This document shows, in pieces, positions 18,377 through 29,706 of a stretch of 64,000 bases of DNA. Numbering within the stretch: the stretch's first letter is position 1; every line of letters begins with the position of its first letter. The position numbers and the translations under genes were made by a program. A model generated the notes under the pieces. It was not told the DNA's origin. It saw nothing but the letters and a program-made list of their open reading frames with translations, and did not search any database. Origin of the DNA: Thermodesulfobacteriota bacterium (GTDB lineage: Bacteria; Desulfobacterota_D; UBA1144; Nemesobacterales; Mycalebacteriaceae); the NCBI GenBank assembly GCA_965205855.1, contig OZ242184.1, positions 1,152,001-1,216,000 of the forward strand. The letters are read 5' to 3'.

Positions 18377-19342
18377 ATGAACGAAAAAACACAAGAAATG
18401 CAAGTTGGCCACGAAGACCTGAGTATGAAACAGCTTCTTGAAGCCGGAGCACATTTCGGACATCAGAAAAGCTACTGGAACCCGAAGATGAAATCCCATA
18501 TCTTCGGTGTCAGGAACGGCGTTCATATAATTGACCTACAGAGAACCGTGAAACTTTTCAAAGTTGCCTATAATTTTGTTTTCAACCTGACTTCAAAAGG
18601 CGGAACGGTTCTGTTTGTGGGAACGAAACAACAGGCGCGCGGAATAATAAAAGAAGAGAGCGAGAGGTGTTCCATGCCTTATGTTAATGTGCGGTGGCTC
18701 GGAGGAACTCTGACAAATTTCAGCACAATACGCTCACGGCTCCAATACATGGACAGTCTGAAAAAGCTTGAAGAAGAAAATAAAATGGAACTGCTTCCAA
18801 ACAAAGAGGCAATAAAGCTCAGAAAAGAGATGGCGAAACTGTCAAGCCTCATAGGCGGGCTTCCATCAATGAAAAGACTTCCGGAGGCAATGTTCATAAT
18901 TGATACAAACAAGGAAATAAACGCTTTCAAGGAAGCAAAAAAACTCGGTATATCGGTTGTGGGTCTGGTTGACACAAATTGCGACCCGTCCGAGGTTGAC
19001 TACGTGATACCGACAAATGACGACGCAATGAAGGCAATCAAACTGTTCACTTCCAAGATCGCCGAAGCATGCATTGAAGGTACGAAAATTTACGCGGAAA
19101 CCATAAAAGATATGCCCGAAGAGAAAATCAGGGAGCAGATTGAAGAGACCGACGGCCCCGTTGTGGAGAAGAAAATGTATGTGTTCAAAAAATTCGGAGA
19201 AGATGAAGAAGACTCAGAGGACACAAACGTCGCGTCCTCCGGGCCAAGCCAAAGCGCAAATCCGCAAAAAAGCGGGGACAGCAATGAGAATGAAAACACA
19301 AACCAAACCACGAAGTCCGGCGAGGTTGAGAAAACGGAATAA
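18377..19342 (+). CDS. rpsB: 30S ribosomal protein S2 (with acidic C-terminal extension)
   Basis: LLEAGAHFGH, WNPKM, RWLGGTLTNF, IPTNDD. Confidence 0.97.
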   Translation: MNEKTQEMQVGHEDLSMKQLLEAGAHFGHQKSYWNPKMKSHIFGVRNGVHIIDLQRTVKLFKVAYNFVFNLTSKGGTVLFVGTKQQARGIIKEESERCSMPYVNVRWLGGTLTNFSTIRSRLQYMDSLKKLEEENKMELLPNKEAIKLRKEMAKLSSLIGGLPSMKRLPEAMFIIDTNKEINAFKEAKKLGISVVGLVDTNCDPSEVDYVIPTNDDAMKAIKLFTSKIAEACIEGTKIYAETIKDMPEEKIREQIEETDGPVVEKKMYVFKKFGEDEEDSEDTNVASSGPSQSANPQKSGDSNENENTNQTTKSGEVEKTE

Positions 19343-19944
19343 TGGCGGAAATCACTTCAGCGATGGTGAGGGAGGCAAGAGACCGCACCGGAGCGTCTTT
19401 TATTGACTGTAAAAACGCTCTTGCGGAATCAGGCGGTGACATGGAGAAGGCCCTTGATATCCTCAAGATAAAAGGCGCGTCTCGCGCGTCGAAAAAGTCC
19501 GGCAGGAAAACCCCCGAAGGAATCATAACCTCCTACATACACCCCGGAGGAAAAATAGGAGTTATGCTTGAACTCAACTGCGAGACCGATTTTGTCGCAA
19601 GAAACGAAGAGTTCCAACAACTTTCAAAAGAAATAACCATGCAGGTAGCAGCAACGGGTCCGCTATACACTTCAAGGAAGGAAATTCCCACGGAGATAGT
19701 TGAGAAAGAGAAGGAAATCATCAAAGCCCGCGCGAAAGAATTGAGAAAACCAGACAAGATAATGGACAAAATAGTTGAGGGCGGAATTGAAAAATTTTAC
19801 AAAGAGGTTTGCCTTCTGGAACAGGACTACATAAGGGAACCGAAAACACGTGTCAACGACCTTGTCGCCGCGGCGATATCAAAAACCGGCGAAAACATAG
19901 TGGTAAAAAGGTTTGCCAGATTCCAATTAGGAGAGCCCGATTGA
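19342..19944 (+). CDS. tsf: elongation factor Ts (short form)
   Basis: [12 protein letters not shown]; follows rpsB. Confidence 0.96.
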   Translation: MAEITSAMVREARDRTGASFIDCKNALAESGGDMEKALDILKIKGASRASKKSGRKTPEGIITSYIHPGGKIGVMLELNCETDFVARNEEFQQLSKEITMQVAATGPLYTSRKEIPTEIVEKEKEIIKARAKELRKPDKIMDKIVEGGIEKFYKEVCLLEQDYIREPKTRVNDLVAAAISKTGENIVVKRFARFQLGEPD

Positions 19945-19957
19945 GGCTCGCCCCGCA

Positions 19958-20695
19958 ATGCCTTCAACAGAAAAAAAAAACATCTACAAAAGAATACTTC
20001 TGAAAATCGGAGGTGAGGCGTTTCAGGGTAAGGATGAGTTTGGAATAGACACGGACACTCTGGACAAAGTCTCCGAAGAACTGAAAGAACTGACATCTCT
20101 CGGCGTAGATATCGCGCTCGTAATCGGCGGCGGCAACTTCTTCAGGGGAAGCTCCAAAGACGCGCGCAAAATGGACAGGTCAACGGCGGATTACATGGGA
20201 ATGCTGGCGACCGTAATAAACTCAATCGCACTTCAGGATTCCCTTGAAAAACAGGGAGTAGACACAAGGGTGCAGAGCGGGCTTGAAATCAAACAGGTCG
20301 CGGAGCCTTTTATCAAACGCCGCGCTTTAAGACACATTGAAAAAGGCAGGGTTGTTATCTTCGCCGCGGGGACGGGAAACCCTTTCTTCACAACCGACAC
20401 CGCAGCCTCTCTTCGGGCGCTTCAAATCGGGGCGGATATTGTCCTTAAAGGAACAAAGGTTGACGGAATATACGACAGAGACCCTGAGAAACACAGCGAC
20501 GCGAAAATGTTCAAAGAGCTTACATACATGGAAGTTATCCAAAAAGAGCTCAATGTAATGGACACAACAGCCATATCACTTTGTATGCAGAGCGGGATTC
20601 CGGTAGTGGTGTTCAATCTGTTCAAAAAAGGAAACATGAAAAAAGTCGTGCGCGGGGAAAAAATCGGAACAAAGGTCTGGAACGGGCAAAAATGA
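19958..20695 (+). CDS. pyrH: UMP kinase
   Basis: [32 protein letters not shown]. Confidence 0.96.
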   Translation: MPSTEKKNIYKRILLKIGGEAFQGKDEFGIDTDTLDKVSEELKELTSLGVDIALVIGGGNFFRGSSKDARKMDRSTADYMGMLATVINSIALQDSLEKQGVDTRVQSGLEIKQVAEPFIKRRALRHIEKGRVVIFAAGTGNPFFTTDTAASLRALQIGADIVLKGTKVDGIYDRDPEKHSDAKMFKELTYMEVIQKELNVMDTTAISLCMQSGIPVVVFNLFKKGNMKKVVRGEKIGTKVWNGQK

Positions 20696-21258
20696 GCAAA
20701 GCGCTTGCGGAAATTAAAAAGTTGATGGAACAAAGGATGGGAAAAACCATATCCGCGCTTGAATCCGAGTTGGCAAAACTGAGAACCGGCAAAGCGTCAA
20801 CCGGTCTTATTGAGGGGCTTGAGATTGACTACCACGGAACAAAGATGCCCTTGAATCAAGTTGCGGGGCTGAATGTGCCAGACCCGCAAACCGTCCTCAT
20901 ACAACCATGGGACGAAACGGTTATAGGCGAAATAGAAAAAGCGGTCAACCAATCCGACCTCGGCCTCAACCCCGCGCGGGACGGCAAAATGATTCGCCTT
21001 TCCATTCCGCCACTGAGCGAGGAAAGAAGAAAAGATCTTGTAAAAGTTGCCGGCAGAATAGCGGAAGAACACAGGGTTTCTATAAGACAGACAAGAAAAG
21101 ACCTGAACACAAAAGTGAAAAATATGGAGAAAGGCGGCGAATTTTCGGAAGACGAAAGTAAAAAAGCCCTGGCAGATATTCAGAAATCCACCGATGATTT
21201 CATTAAGAAAATAAACTCCGCACTTGAAAGGAAGGAAAAAGAAGTTCTGGAGATTTAA
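20692..21258 (+). CDS. frr: ribosome recycling factor
   Basis: [26 protein letters not shown]; ATG 20692 overlaps the pyrH stop. Confidence 0.95.
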   Translation: MSKALAEIKKLMEQRMGKTISALESELAKLRTGKASTGLIEGLEIDYHGTKMPLNQVAGLNVPDPQTVLIQPWDETVIGEIEKAVNQSDLGLNPARDGKMIRLSIPPLSEERRKDLVKVAGRIAEEHRVSIRQTRKDLNTKVKNMEKGGEFSEDESKKALADIQKSTDDFIKKINSALERKEKEVLEI

Positions 21259-22541
21259 GCAATCTGTCCCGCCGTAATTCTCTCCATCCCTCCCATATAC
21301 GGCACAAGAGCTGGAGGGATATTCACATTCCCGTCCTTTTGTTGAAAATTCTCAAGAATTGCCACAACCGTTCTGCCAATTGCGAGACCGGAACCGTTCA
21401 GCGTGTGAATAAAATCCGTCTTCTTTCCGTCTTTGAACCTGATACCCAACCTTCTCGCCTGAAAATCCTCAAAGTTGCTGCATGATGATATCTCTCTGTA
21501 TGCGCCTTCGCCGGGAAGCCATACCTCAATGTCGTAGGTTTTCGCGGAAGAAAACCCCATGTCTCCGGAGCACAGAACGACAACTCTGTAATGAATCCCG
21601 AGACGCTCAAGCATATTGCAGGCGTTTGATGTGAGAGACTCAAGTTCGGCGTATGAATTCTCAGGGCGCGCAAGTTTGACAAGCTCCACCTTGTTGAACT
21701 GATGCTGTCTGATAATCCCCCGTGTGTCTTTTCCGTACGAGCCCGCCTCTTTGCGGAAACACGGCGTGCATGCCACATATTTCAGGGGCAAATCCCCGGC
21801 GGAGATTATTTCGTCACGGTGTATGTTTGTAACCGGAACCTCGGCGGTCGGTATAAGGAAATAGTCCGTACCTTCAAGTTTGAAAAGATCCTCCTCAAAC
21901 TTGGGAAGATTGCCCGTTCCGGTCAGACTCGCGGTGTTTGCGGCAAACGGTGGGAGCGTTTCCGTGTAACCGTTCTCCCTTGTGTGGATGTCAAGCATGA
22001 AGTTTGCAAGCGCCCTTTCAAGAAGAGCGCCCGCGCCAAAATAAAGCACGAAACGGGAACCGGTTATCTTTGCCGCTCTCTCAAGGTCAAGAATGCCGAG
22101 CTTTGAGCCAACCTCGTCGTGAGTCAAAGGATCAAAATCAAACTGCGGTTTCTCTCCCCATTTTTTTATTTCAACATTATCCTGCTCGCCCGCGCCGCGT
22201 GGAACACTCTCATGCGGAATGTTGGGAATTTCGAGCATGGCGGTTCTGATTTCTTCCTCAATTTCAGCCCTTTGTGAATTAAGGGACTTCACCTTCTCCG
22301 AAATGGTTTTGAGTTCTTTGGAAAGTCCGGCAAAGGCCTTTCCGTCCCCCTGTTGTTTAAGCGCCGCCATTTCGCGCGAGCCCTTGTTGCGCTCGCTCTC
22401 AAACGCCTCAACATTGACAATCAACTCACGCCGCCGTGCGGCAAGTGTTTTCAGTGTCTCGAAGTCCGCTTCAAAACCGCGCGCGGACAGCTTTTCAGTC
22501 ACTTCATCAATATTGCTTTCAACAAATTTCCAGTCAAGCAT
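21255..22541 (-). CDS. serS: serine--tRNA ligase
   Basis: [42 protein letters not shown]. Confidence 0.97.
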   Translation of the reverse strand: MLDWKFVESNIDEVTEKLSARGFEADFETLKTLAARRRELIVNVEAFESERNKGSREMAALKQQGDGKAFAGLSKELKTISEKVKSLNSQRAEIEEEIRTAMLEIPNIPHESVPRGAGEQDNVEIKKWGEKPQFDFDPLTHDEVGSKLGILDLERAAKITGSRFVLYFGAGALLERALANFMLDIHTRENGYTETLPPFAANTASLTGTGNLPKFEEDLFKLEGTDYFLIPTAEVPVTNIHRDEIISAGDLPLKYVACTPCFRKEAGSYGKDTRGIIRQHQFNKVELVKLARPENSYAELESLTSNACNMLERLGIHYRVVVLCSGDMGFSSAKTYDIEVWLPGEGAYREISSCSNFEDFQARRLGIRFKDGKKTDFIHTLNGSGLAIGRTVVAILENFQQKDGNVNIPPALVPYMGGMERITAGQIA

Positions 22542-22614
22542 GGATTACAATTCCGTTTGAACAGAATTACAGGATAACCCAAAACCAAATACGAATAAAC
22601 TCCGGAAAGCATTT

Positions 22615-22643
22615 TTGACAATGAAAATTCTCACGGTTAATTT
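22615..22643 (+). promoter_or_regulatory. putative sigma70 promoter for the hydrolase-ald operon
   Basis: TTGACA-17 nt-TAATTT, followed by GGAGG RBS and TTG start at 22676. Confidence 0.5.
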
Positions 22644-22675
22644 GAGTTTGCATATTCATCAAGGGAGGAAATACT

Positions 22676-23395
22676 TTGAGTAAACTTACGGACGGAACCG
22701 AGATAACTTTCTACGGTCAATCGACTTTTTCAATCAAAACACCGGGCGGAAAAACCGTTTTAATAGACCCGTGGGTCAAGGGCAATCCGGCCTGCCCGGA
22801 AAATCTGCATGAAATCGAAAAACTTGATGTCATGGCAATCACCCACGGGCACTTTGACCATATGAGCGACGCCATTGAAATCGCAAAAGAGCACAAGCCG
22901 CAGGTGGTGGCGAACTGGGAGATATGCTCATGGCTCGGCGGCAAAGGCATTGAGAGCTGCCTTCCGATGAACAAAGGCGGAGGACAGACCGTTGAGGGAA
23001 TCCGTTTTGTGATGACTCATGCTCAGCACTCAAGCGGCATAACAGAGGAGGACGGAACACTTTCTGAAGGCGGGGAAGCGGCGGGTTTTATTATTGAGCT
23101 TGAAAACGGATACAGGATGTATCACGCCGGAGACACAAACATATTCAGCGATATGAAACTTATAAGGGAGATTTACGCTCCGAAACTCGCTTTTCTGCCG
23201 ATAGGAGACCTGTTCACAATGTCGCCGCTTGAGGCGTCCTACGCATGCAGGTTTATCTCTCCGGAAATTGTTATTCCCATGCATTATGCCACTTTCCCGG
23301 TTCTGACGGGCACCCCCGGCGAACTTGAAAAACTCACCTCGGACATAAAAGAGCTTGAAGTAGTCGCGCTCACACCGGGAGAAACCCTGAAATAG
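22676..23395 (+). CDS. metallo-beta-lactamase-fold metal-dependent hydrolase (UPF0173-like)
   Basis: LIDPW, THGHFDH, HAGDT, PIGD, IPMHY. Confidence 0.88.
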   Translation: MSKLTDGTEITFYGQSTFSIKTPGGKTVLIDPWVKGNPACPENLHEIEKLDVMAITHGHFDHMSDAIEIAKEHKPQVVANWEICSWLGGKGIESCLPMNKGGGQTVEGIRFVMTHAQHSSGITEEDGTLSEGGEAAGFIIELENGYRMYHAGDTNIFSDMKLIREIYAPKLAFLPIGDLFTMSPLEASYACRFISPEIVIPMHYATFPVLTGTPGELEKLTSDIKELEVVALTPGETLK

Positions 23396-23398
23396 GCA

Positions 23399-24457
23399 AT
23401 GGAAATAGGAATTCCAAAAGAGATAAAGACCTTTGAATTCAGGGTCGCACTCACACCGCGCGCCGTGAACACGCTAGTTGAAGCGGGACACAAAACCTTC
23501 GTTGAAAAAGGAGCCGGAAACGGTATCGGCATAAAAGACGACCAATATGTGGCGGCCGGAGCGGAGATTGCGGAATCGGCGCAAGAAGTTTTTGAAAAAG
23601 CATCCCTGATTGTCAAAGTCAAGGAGCCGCAAAAAAGCGAGTATCCGCTCATCAAGGAAAAACACACGCTTTTTTGCTATCTGCACCTTGCGGCCGAAGA
23701 GGAACTGGCAGGCGCCCTTGTCGCTTCGGGAACGAAAGCGATTGCTTTTGAAACCGTGCAACTTGATGACGGCTCTCTCCCTCTTCTTGAGCCGATGAGC
23801 ATAATAGCGGGAAGAATTTCCATCCAGGTGGGCGCGACCTTTCTTCAAAAAGACAACGGCGGTAAGGGAGTGCTTTTCGGCGGAGTTCCGGGAGTGCTTC
23901 CCGCAAAAGTGCTTGTGGTGGGCGGGGGAACGGCCGGGTACGCGGCGGTGGATGTCGCTTTTGGAATGGGCGCCGAAGTTACGGTAATAGACAAAAACTA
24001 CACCAGACTCGCCTTTTTTCAGGAGAGGTTCGGGGGCCACATCAAAACATTACCTTCTTACAAATCACTCATAGAAGAAGAGTGCGCCGTCGCGGACCTT
24101 ATTGTAGGGGCGGTTCTCGTTCCGGGTCTGAAAGCGCCGAAAGTCATAAGCGGAGACGCGATTGCGGAAATGGAAAACGGGACTGTTTTTGTTGATATCT
24201 CCATAGATCAGGGAGGATGCTCGGAAACAAGCCGTCCGACCTCCCACGCCGATCCGGTTTACAAGGTGGGTGGAGCAATTCATTACTGCGTAACAAACAT
24301 TCCCTCGCTTACGGCAAGAACATCAACATACGCGCTTTCGGGCAAGATACTCCCCTATGTTATGAAGATTGCGGACGGAAATTGTGACCGCGCCTTGGAT
24401 AAAGGCGTGAACACCGAAAATGGGAAACTCATCATAGACCTTCACGGAGACGGATGA
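23399..24457 (+). CDS. ald: alanine dehydrogenase
   Basis: IGIPKEIK, VKVKEP, YLHLAA, PLLEPMS, DISIDQGGC. Confidence 0.93.
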   Translation: MEIGIPKEIKTFEFRVALTPRAVNTLVEAGHKTFVEKGAGNGIGIKDDQYVAAGAEIAESAQEVFEKASLIVKVKEPQKSEYPLIKEKHTLFCYLHLAAEEELAGALVASGTKAIAFETVQLDDGSLPLLEPMSIIAGRISIQVGATFLQKDNGGKGVLFGGVPGVLPAKVLVVGGGTAGYAAVDVAFGMGAEVTVIDKNYTRLAFFQERFGGHIKTLPSYKSLIEEECAVADLIVGAVLVPGLKAPKVISGDAIAEMENGTVFVDISIDQGGCSETSRPTSHADPVYKVGGAIHYCVTNIPSLTARTSTYALSGKILPYVMKIADGNCDRALDKGVNTENGKLIIDLHGDG

Positions 24458-24504
24458 GCGTCAAACTTGACTGTCGGGATTGATAGTTGATATTTAGTTA
24501 CCAA

Positions 24505-25185
24505 ATGCGCGGAAGACTTTTTTTTATTATTTTTGTCGCCATTGCGGCGATAACTGGCTCATGCGGAGGAAAACCCGATTATTCAAATATGTCCGCCGAG
24601 CAAATGTTTATGAAAGCGTCAAAAATGTCCGACGAGAAAAAAAGGTTTTTCTCCAGAAACGACAAGAAAATCCCGCTTGAAATGCTCAAAGAAATTCAAA
24701 TAAGACACGCGTTCAGTTCGTATACGCCTCTTGCATCTTTGAAAACCGCGGACATTTACTTCATTCAGGAGAAATACAAAACAGCTTCTGACCAGTATAA
24801 AAAATTCCTCGAGGACAATCCCAAACATGAAAAACGCGAGTACGCCATGCACAGGCTTTTTGAAAGTTTCTACAGTATAAAAGAATCATATCAAAGAGAC
24901 CAGCGTCCCTGCAAGCAGGCAATCTACTGGGGTCAGTCTTTTCTGTCATATCATCCGGAATCCGAATACAAAGACGAAACCCTGTCCAAAATACAAACAT
25001 GCTTTGACACCATTGCGAAAGGTGAGCTGGAAATAGGGAAATTCTATTTAAAGCGCAAAAAATACAAAGCGGCAAGACGCAGATTTCTCTATCTGGCGGA
25101 CAATTTTCCTCAAACCGAAGCCGCCCGTCAGTCAGAGGCGCTTATAGCGTCAATCCCCGAAAAAGAAGAGAAAAAAGCCCAATAG
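24505..25185 (+). CDS. bamD: outer membrane assembly lipoprotein BamD
   Basis: lipobox ITGSC, TPR-like helices, RDQ, ELEIGKFYLKR..Y.AA.RRF. Confidence 0.8.
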   Translation: MRGRLFFIIFVAIAAITGSCGGKPDYSNMSAEQMFMKASKMSDEKKRFFSRNDKKIPLEMLKEIQIRHAFSSYTPLASLKTADIYFIQEKYKTASDQYKKFLEDNPKHEKREYAMHRLFESFYSIKESYQRDQRPCKQAIYWGQSFLSYHPESEYKDETLSKIQTCFDTIAKGELEIGKFYLKRKKYKAARRRFLYLADNFPQTEAARQSEALIASIPEKEEKKAQ

Positions 25186-25197
25186 AGCTCAACTTCA

Positions 25198-26238
25198 ATG
25201 CCTTTCAGGACGATTGAATGGAAAAACGGTTCGGCGGTAGTAATTCTTGACCAGAGAAAACTGCCTGAAGAAGAAAGTTATCTTCAGTGCTCAACGCACG
25301 AAGAAGTGGCGTATGCGATAAGTTCCATGGCGATAAGGGGAGCTCCGGCAATCGGCATTGCGGCGTCAATGGGGTTCGCACTGGGAGCGGCGCAAAACAG
25401 CGGCGCAAAAACAAAAGAGATATTTCTCGAAAGCATGATAAATGTTCGCGAGACTCTTGAGCAAACCCGTCCCACGGCGGTCAATCTTTTCTGGGCACTT
25501 GAGCGGATGGAAAATCTGTTGTTGAAAAACCCACAGGCGGCGCCCGGAGAACTTGCAGGAATCTTGAGAACTGAAGCCGTGACTATATGCGAGGAAGACC
25601 TCAATCTCTGTAAAAAAATAGGGAAGAACGGGCAATCCCTCATTAAAAACGATTCTACCATTATGACTCACTGCAACGCGGGAGGTCTCGCAACCGCCGG
25701 ATACGGGACGGCTCTGGGAATTATAAGAGCCGCGCATGACTCTGGCAAAAAAGTGAATGTCATATCACCCGAAACGCGACCGCTGTTACAGGGTTCCCGT
25801 CTTACCGCCTGGGAACTCTCGTATGACAAAATACCCGTTACTGTTATAACAGACACTGCGGCGGGATACACAATGAAAAACAAAACCGTGGATGCGATAA
25901 TCGTTGGTGCGGACAGAATTGCCGCAAACGGTGATGTGGCAAATAAAATAGGAACCTACCAGCTGTCGGTACTCGCAAAGCATCACGGAATCCCGTTCCA
26001 TGTGGCGGCGCCATGGTCAACATTTGACATGAATTGCGCCAGCGGAAAAGGCATTCCCATTGAGCAAAGGTCGTGGCGGGAAGTGTCCGGAATCGGGAAT
26101 AAAAGAACCGCGGCGGAGGGAGCGGAAATCATAAACCCGGCTTTTGATGTTACTCCGGCAGAAAATATAGACAGCATCATAACCGACAGGGGAGTAATCA
26201 GACATCCCTGCCGTGAAGAGATTGAGAAGTTGCGTTAA
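25198..26238 (+). CDS. mtnA: S-methyl-5-thioribose-1-phosphate isomerase
   Basis: MAIRGAPAIG, TRPTAVNL, THCNAG, ETRPLLQG, NPAFDVT. Confidence 0.95.
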   Translation: MPFRTIEWKNGSAVVILDQRKLPEEESYLQCSTHEEVAYAISSMAIRGAPAIGIAASMGFALGAAQNSGAKTKEIFLESMINVRETLEQTRPTAVNLFWALERMENLLLKNPQAAPGELAGILRTEAVTICEEDLNLCKKIGKNGQSLIKNDSTIMTHCNAGGLATAGYGTALGIIRAAHDSGKKVNVISPETRPLLQGSRLTAWELSYDKIPVTVITDTAAGYTMKNKTVDAIIVGADRIAANGDVANKIGTYQLSVLAKHHGIPFHVAAPWSTFDMNCASGKGIPIEQRSWREVSGIGNKRTAAEGAEIINPAFDVTPAENIDSIITDRGVIRHPCREEIEKLR

Positions 26239-26756
26239 GATTTTTCTATCTCTTCCTGGGCCTCAATGGTGAATTTGGCAAAAGGCATTACGCGCAACCT
26301 GTCTTCGCCTATTTTCTCACCGGTCATTTCGCAAATCCCATATGTCCCATCGCGTACGCGCGCCAACGCGTCTTCTATCTGCTTCAGTTTCTGACGCTCG
26401 CGCTCGGAGAAGGTCAGGGACAGAATTCTTTCCCTGTCATCGGAAGCCTTGTCATAAAAATCGCCCACACCGGAATTCGTATTATTGGTTTCATGTTGGA
26501 TTGAGCGCGAAACTCCCTTGAGCAAACTGTCCCTCATTGAAACAAGATCTTTTGTTATTTCATCAAGAAACCGCTTCCCGTATTTGGATTTAACCGGACT
26601 TGAGGATTTGGGCTTTGACACTTTTGCGGTTTTTCGGGTTTTTGTCATCTTCGGGGCAACTTTTGCGGGTGTTGGATTATCAGTCACTTTCCCGGTTTTC
26701 CCGGAAGAGGTTTTGCTGCCGGACACAACTTTTTTTCTCAATTTTTTCTCAGCCAT
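26235..26756 (-). CDS. dksA: DksA/TraR family RNAP-binding protein (single-Cys, Lys-rich N-terminal tail)
   Basis: DFYDKA coiled-coil tip, I.DAL.R..DGTYGICEMTG..I...RL. Confidence 0.8.
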   Translation of the reverse strand: MAEKKLRKKVVSGSKTSSGKTGKVTDNPTPAKVAPKMTKTRKTAKVSKPKSSSPVKSKYGKRFLDEITKDLVSMRDSLLKGVSRSIQHETNNTNSGVGDFYDKASDDRERILSLTFSERERQKLKQIEDALARVRDGTYGICEMTGEKIGEDRLRVMPFAKFTIEAQEEIEKS

Positions 26757-26805
26757 ATTCCACCTTGAAGTCTGATTTTTAAGTTTCGCAGGGACTATTA
26801 AGTAT

Positions 26806-28401
26806 GTGAAGAGTGGTCAATTGTCAAGCCCTCCCGAAGCGGGCGTATTGAGTTTGACAAAAGAAGCTCTTTTATTACTATTGAGTTCAGTCTGTGTAAA
26901 CAGGGACCCTTTGTTAGTGTTAAGGTTTTTTTCAATTATTTCAGCGCTATGCGTTGTGTTTCTCCCCAATACCTCATATGCAGGATTTGACGAATCCATA
27001 GAAAGGACTATAAGACCCATATCGGACTTTATGCTGCAATGGGTTTTCTATTCGGTTCCGGTTTTCGGATCCGATGTCAAACTCATTGTCGCCCTGCTTC
27101 TCGGCTCTGGAGTTTTCTGCACTTTCTATTTTCGATTTATAAACATAAGGGGATTCCGCCGAGCCGTAGAACTTGTGACCGGAAAATTTGACACCGCAAG
27201 CGACCCCGGAGAGATATCACATTTTCAGGCTCTCACAACCGCTCTTTCCGCAACCATAGGCCTTGGCAACATCGCGGGAGTCGCCATTGCTGTTTCAAAA
27301 GGCGGACCCGGGGCGACATTCTGGATGATAGTCGCGGGATTTCTCGGAATGTCCCTGAAGTTCTGCGAGTGCACTCTGGCCGTCAAATACAGAAAAGAAA
27401 ATCCGGACGGCTCGGTTTCGGGCGGTCCGATGTACTACCTTTCACAAGGTTTGGGGGAAATTGGGAAGAAAAATCTTGGAAAAGTGCTTGCGGTATTTTT
27501 CGCAATTTTCTGCATAGGCGGATCAATAGGCGCCGGATGTATGTTTCAGGCAAACCAGCTGTTCAAACAGGTTTTATATGTCACGGGCGAACCGGCAATG
27601 CTGTCCGGGTGGCTTTTCGGTATTGTAGTCGCGGCGTTGGTCGCATTGGTGATAATCGGCGGGATTAGGAAAATAGCCAGAGTAACTTCCAAACTTGTTC
27701 CGTTTATGACGGTTTTATACCTTACGGCGGCCGGCGTAGTAATTGCGTTTTATATTGAGCGGGTGCCCGAAGCCGTGGGAATTATGTTGAGCGGCGCTTT
27801 CACACCGGAGGGTGTGGAGGGTGGAGTGCTGGGGGTGATGACATGGGGATTTCAGAGAGCCGTATTTTCCAACGAAGCGGGAATCGGTTCGGCGGCCATA
27901 GCTCACAGCGCGGTTAAAACCAAATATCCCGCGACCGAGGGGCTGGTCTCTATCATCGGGCCGTTTGTGGACACCATTATCATCTGCACCATGACTGCTC
28001 TTGTAATAGTCATGGCGGGAACCTACAAAATGTCCGGGGGTGAAATTGGCGGGATTGAGATAACATCCGCAGCTTTCGCGTCTTCAATAAGTTGGTTTCC
28101 GTACGTTCTGGCTCTTGTGGTAATGATATTCGCTTTCTCTACGATGATATCGTGGAGTTACTACGGAATGAAATCCTGGACTTTTCTGTTCGGCGAAACT
28201 AAAGCAAACAGACTCACCTTCAATATGCTGTTCTGTGTTTTTATCGTAATCGGTTCGGCGGTCAGTCTGTCATCGGTCATAAACATCACGGACGCGATGA
28301 TATTCCTTATGGGAGTTGTCAATATGACCGGGGTTTTTCTGCTGATAAGAAAAGTCAGAGAGGATTTGCAATCCTACACTGACACCACAAAGGGCCTCTA
28401 A
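26806..28401 (+). CDS. alanine/glycine:cation symporter (AGCS family)
   Basis: FQALTTALSATIGLGNIAGV, GGPGATFWM, GGPMYY, FSNEAGIGS; true start probably downstream. Confidence 0.92.
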   Translation: MKSGQLSSPPEAGVLSLTKEALLLLLSSVCVNRDPLLVLRFFSIISALCVVFLPNTSYAGFDESIERTIRPISDFMLQWVFYSVPVFGSDVKLIVALLLGSGVFCTFYFRFINIRGFRRAVELVTGKFDTASDPGEISHFQALTTALSATIGLGNIAGVAIAVSKGGPGATFWMIVAGFLGMSLKFCECTLAVKYRKENPDGSVSGGPMYYLSQGLGEIGKKNLGKVLAVFFAIFCIGGSIGAGCMFQANQLFKQVLYVTGEPAMLSGWLFGIVVAALVALVIIGGIRKIARVTSKLVPFMTVLYLTAAGVVIAFYIERVPEAVGIMLSGAFTPEGVEGGVLGVMTWGFQRAVFSNEAGIGSAAIAHSAVKTKYPATEGLVSIIGPFVDTIIICTMTALVIVMAGTYKMSGGEIGGIEITSAAFASSISWFPYVLALVVMIFAFSTMISWSYYGMKSWTFLFGETKANRLTFNMLFCVFIVIGSAVSLSSVINITDAMIFLMGVVNMTGVFLLIRKVREDLQSYTDTTKGL

Positions 28402-29699
28402 AATCCCTTACGCAGGTATCGTCCCCTGACTATTCTGAATATATCTTCCAACTGGTGGATGAAAATACCGACAAGGCCAAGCGTTGTTATGCCAAGAACC
28501 CAGGGATAGCCTCCCATAGCGGCAAAAAAGACAAAAGCCAAAGAGTAAAGATTTCTTCTCATTACCGGACGCAGAAAAGCCAGCAAACGCCTGACGAGAG
28601 AGAGAGTTTCGTTTCCGACAATCTCATCAACACGGTGATATGAAACCAGACTGCCCGAATGCGTATAGCGAACCATAAAAATGAAAGACCATATAAGAAA
28701 AAACACAAAGACGGATATGTTTACCAGACCCAGGAAAAGAGCAAGAGACTGATTCTCGCCGTGCAGGTAGTAGCCTATGGGAACGCTGATAACAAAACCG
28801 GCTATTGTTATCTGATCACTTATGGTATCCACCCATTCTCCTCTTTTTGTTTCAAGAAGTTTTATTCTGGCAACTTCGCCGTCACAACGGTCAAGTATCG
28901 CGGCAATCTGCATAAACACCGCGCCTAGGAGAGGATAACCCGCAAGGTAGGACAAAATACAAGGCACACCCGCCACAATATTGGTCAAAACACTAATATG
29001 ATTGGGAGTCAGGGAGGTTTTCCGCGCAAGCCATGAACTTATCGGCAATGACAGCCTGCCGTTTATATTTCTCGCTATCCAGCCGGTTGCATTTTTACCA
29101 ACACTTGCAAAAAGAAACCGTTGTGCTTCGACAATAACTGCCAGAGTGTTTTCCAGATTCATCGCATACATATCTTCAGGAACCTCGTATTCCTTCATCC
29201 CCTCTTCTCTGTAGCGATCTATCCATCTGAACATATCGCAGTCTTCAACAAGGTCAGAGGTCGCTTCGGGCTCCACAATAACCGCGCCAAGCCTTTTTTC
29301 ATTGTTGCCGTTTGGTGTACCTTCTCCGGAAATTTTCATCAAAACCGCTCCGCCGGATGACGGCTTTTCTTCCAAAAACTTTTCCAGAAGCTGTCTCTTG
29401 ATAAACAGGTTTGACTGCAAGACCAGAATATTACCGCCACCGCGCGCACAACTGTTGAACGCCTTTCCCGGATTTGCGAAGGTTATTTTCGCTTCTCCCG
29501 AAACGGTTTCGGGGAGCATCTCAATCAGCGCGGAGTCCGGTGTGGTTGAAACAACGGTAATATCTTTAACGCCCGCTTTGATACACAAGCGCACAAGCCT
29601 TCGAAGTTGCGTAAGGCCTCCTATTGAAATTGCAGAGAAATCCTTGAGGGACTCGCCGCTCAAACCGGTCCCGTGAGCCAGAATCAGGGCGTTCGTCAT
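28398..29699 (-). CDS. CDP-alcohol phosphatidyltransferase with N-terminal degenerate NTP-transferase-like domain
   Basis: TPNHIS; DRCDGEVAR-x8-G-x3-D-x3-D signature; N-terminal ALILAHGTG. Confidence 0.8.
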   Translation of the reverse strand: MTNALILAHGTGLSGESLKDFSAISIGGLTQLRRLVRLCIKAGVKDITVVSTTPDSALIEMLPETVSGEAKITFANPGKAFNSCARGGGNILVLQSNLFIKRQLLEKFLEEKPSSGGAVLMKISGEGTPNGNNEKRLGAVIVEPEATSDLVEDCDMFRWIDRYREEGMKEYEVPEDMYAMNLENTLAVIVEAQRFLFASVGKNATGWIARNINGRLSLPISSWLARKTSLTPNHISVLTNIVAGVPCILSYLAGYPLLGAVFMQIAAILDRCDGEVARIKLLETKRGEWVDTISDQITIAGFVISVPIGYYLHGENQSLALFLGLVNISVFVFFLIWSFIFMVRYTHSGSLVSYHRVDEIVGNETLSLVRRLLAFLRPVMRRNLYSLAFVFFAAMGGYPWVLGITTLGLVGIFIHQLEDIFRIVRGRYLRKGF

Positions 29700-29706
29700 T
29701 GAATGG

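Noticed and set aside
19150-19342. Acidic low-complexity tail of S2
   Set aside because: Such tails are common among S2 proteins and not distinctive.
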